From a virus: a stretch of DNA of 64,000 bases. Below, piece by piece: positions 62,483 through 64,000 of this stretch. The number at the start of each line of letters is the position of its first letter. The stretch's first letter is position 1. The notes beneath the pieces were generated by a model, which was not told where the DNA came from, made no database searches, and saw nothing but the letters and a program-made list of their open reading frames with translations. Location: the IMG/VR virus record IMGVR_UViG_3300002180_000002; one strand, given 5' to 3'. Both the position numbers and the translations under genes were made by a program.

Positions 62483-62833
62483 ATGACACAAGAAGCTATT
62501 TATTTAATTGATTTACTTGAAGACCAAGACAAGAAAAAAATAAAAAACTGGTTCGATAAGTTCGACAGTAGAAGCACAGATATAAATGATTGGCAAACTT
62601 ATTTAGGTTTTGAATTAGAGCCTTATGGGTGTGATATTTGCCACCGTATAAGAAATAAAATAATGAGTGCGATAAGCCATTATTTTGGTGTTAAACATTT
62701 AGACGATAAAATATATAATTCTTTAGGTATTTTATATTTCAAAGAAGCCGTTAATCTTATTAAACAAGCCGAACCAATACGGATAAAAATTAAAGATGTT
62801 TATCCGCAAATTAAACAATTTTTATATAACTAA
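62483..62833 (+). CDS. hypothetical protein
   Basis: 116-aa ORF. Confidence 0.45.
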   Translation: MTQEAIYLIDLLEDQDKKKIKNWFDKFDSRSTDINDWQTYLGFELEPYGCDICHRIRNKIMSAISHYFGVKHLDDKIYNSLGILYFKEAVNLIKQAEPIRIKIKDVYPQIKQFLYN

Positions 62834-62837
62834 ATAC

Positions 62838-63020
62838 ATGAAAGCAATCAATATAACAGTTGGCAACTACCAACTTGAAGAACTTGAAAACGGCAATTTT
62901 GAATTGCATTATACTGGCGACGGTTGGTAGAGTGTAACCCGCACCCGTGAACAGGTCGAAGAAAGTAAAAGTTTTTTTGACTTATGGATGAATTATGAAT
63001 CTAAAAATATTTTGGTATGA
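62838..63020 (+). CDS. small ORF interrupted by an in-frame TAG (readthrough candidate or disrupted gene)
   Basis: ATG at 62838, TAG at 62928-62930. The same frame stays open to TGA at 63018-63020, which overlaps the next ATG (ATGA). Confidence 0.3.
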
Positions 63021-63313
63021 GTAAAATTAGCAAGTTATTAGGTAAGGAAGCAATTCACGCAGATTTGGGAGCAGTCGAAGTTATTTCTGCTGTCAACGGT
63101 AGCCGTACAAAGGTCAATATTAAAGTGGTTCAACGCGCGAAGGGTTGGGATGAACAAAGTCAATCTTACAAGCCAGTAAAACGCTTTATTCCAACCCTCA
63201 ACAAGTTAGGCGTTGAGATTGGTAAAACCTTTACACAGAAAAAATATAACGATAACCACAGCCAATACGGGCATGAAGATATTTGCCACATTGATAAATT
63301 AAAATTAGTATAA
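63017..63313 (+). CDS. hypothetical protein
   Basis: 98-aa ORF. Confidence 0.45.
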   Translation: MSKISKLLGKEAIHADLGAVEVISAVNGSRTKVNIKVVQRAKGWDEQSQSYKPVKRFIPTLNKLGVEIGKTFTQKKYNDNHSQYGHEDICHIDKLKLV

Positions 63314-63315
63314 TT

Positions 63316-63513
63316 ATGGAAACAGCAGTTTTTGAAATAGAATTAAATGACGGTAGTATTTATAGAATATATTGTGCTAATCGTAGCCAAAAGAAACGAT
63401 TCTTTAGAACTCTTACAAATTTAAGAAACGAAGACAAGGTAAAAAAATATAAAACCCTTACAAACGGAATTCATAATATTTCGCAATGGGAGAAACAAGC
63501 GGACATTTTATAA
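63316..63513 (+). CDS. hypothetical protein
   Basis: 65-aa ORF. Confidence 0.4.
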   Translation: METAVFEIELNDGSIYRIYCANRSQKKRFFRTLTNLRNEDKVKKYKTLTNGIHNISQWEKQADIL

Positions 63514-63591
63514 AATATTATTTGTTGTTATGGGGTGGCGATAACTTCAAAACCTCAACAACAAATTAACGAAACCTAATAATTTATATTT

Positions 63592-63909
63592 ATGAAACTT
63601 ATTCTAACATACAAACACACAAGAAACTTATTTACTAAAAATGAATTTAAGCCATTTGTGAAAAAATATTTTAAAGACATAAAATTTCTTGGAACTGAAA
63701 GCGGAAATTGGAATGCTAAAATTAGTATTTCAAATTGGGATGAAGTAAAAGATAATTTACCTAAATATGCTATCCCTGAAAAAATTGAAATTGATAAGTC
63801 TAAAATAACAATGCTTGAGGCTTTAGTCAACGGACAATTAGGTCTTGCAAGAGAAATATGTGGAGGTAATGAAGTTAATTGCCCGCAATATCAACAATTA
63901 AAATGGTAG
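63592..63909 (+). CDS. hypothetical protein
   Basis: 105-aa ORF preceded by a 10-bp-stem hairpin (ATTTGTTGTT...AACAACAAAT). Confidence 0.45.
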   Translation: MKLILTYKHTRNLFTKNEFKPFVKKYFKDIKFLGTESGNWNAKISISNWDEVKDNLPKYAIPEKIEIDKSKITMLEALVNGQLGLAREICGGNEVNCPQYQQLKW

Positions 63910-63911
63910 CC

Positions 63912-64000
63912 ATGGAAATTTGGAAAGATATTAAAGACTATGAATCACTTTATCAAGTGAGTAATTTAGGAAATATTAAATCTATTTCTAAAAATATAAT
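63912..64000 (+). CDS. NUMOD4-type homing endonuclease, N-terminal fragment (truncated by window end)
   Basis: MEIWKDIKDYESLYQVSNLGNIKSISKNI matches the NUMOD4 E.W..I.....Y.VSN.G.I.S pattern. Confidence 0.6.
   Translation, partial: MEIWKDIKDYESLYQVSNLGNIKSISKNI

Overview
AT-rich, tightly packed, mostly rightward-transcribed window that reads as most of the genome of a tailed dsDNA phage. The host is probably in the Bacteroidetes/Flavobacteriia: TAnnTTTG -7 motifs sit upstream of many genes, Shine-Dalgarno sites are not obvious, and some proteins carry Bacteroidetes-style lipoprotein or outer-membrane signals. All functions are assigned by eye from motifs; no searches were run.

Modules, in order:
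- Recombination/replication genes (143-6615): SSB, PD-(D/E)XK nuclease, HNH, replication organizer-like protein, DnaC-like ATPase, XRE regulator.
- Accessory island (6616-9500): HicB/HicA-like pair flanked by inverted repeats, followed by a GC-rich structured non-coding stretch.
- Virion module (9536-38393): scaffold-like protein, capsid candidate, 1412-aa and 2550-aa virion proteins, TerL, portal candidate and tail fibre. A GNAT gene and a GIY-YIG homing endonuclease are inserted in it.
- Lysis region (38719-42092): four membrane proteins, an amidase, and an overlapping inner-membrane/outer-membrane protein pair.
- 1241-aa adhesin-like fibre, then a long run of small accessory genes (45925-57174).
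- Leftward cassette with tRNA-Cys (57269-59159).
- About 1.1 kb gene-free GC-rich divergent control region (59160-60310).
- Rightward small early genes separated by a repeated hairpin element.

Most unusual items: a circularly permuted tmRNA-like gene (1483-1716), a 225-nt tRNA-like RNA without an anticodon arm (52257-52481), the structured island next to hicBA, and the GC-rich core. No integrase, DNA polymerase, primase/helicase or CRISPR array was seen.
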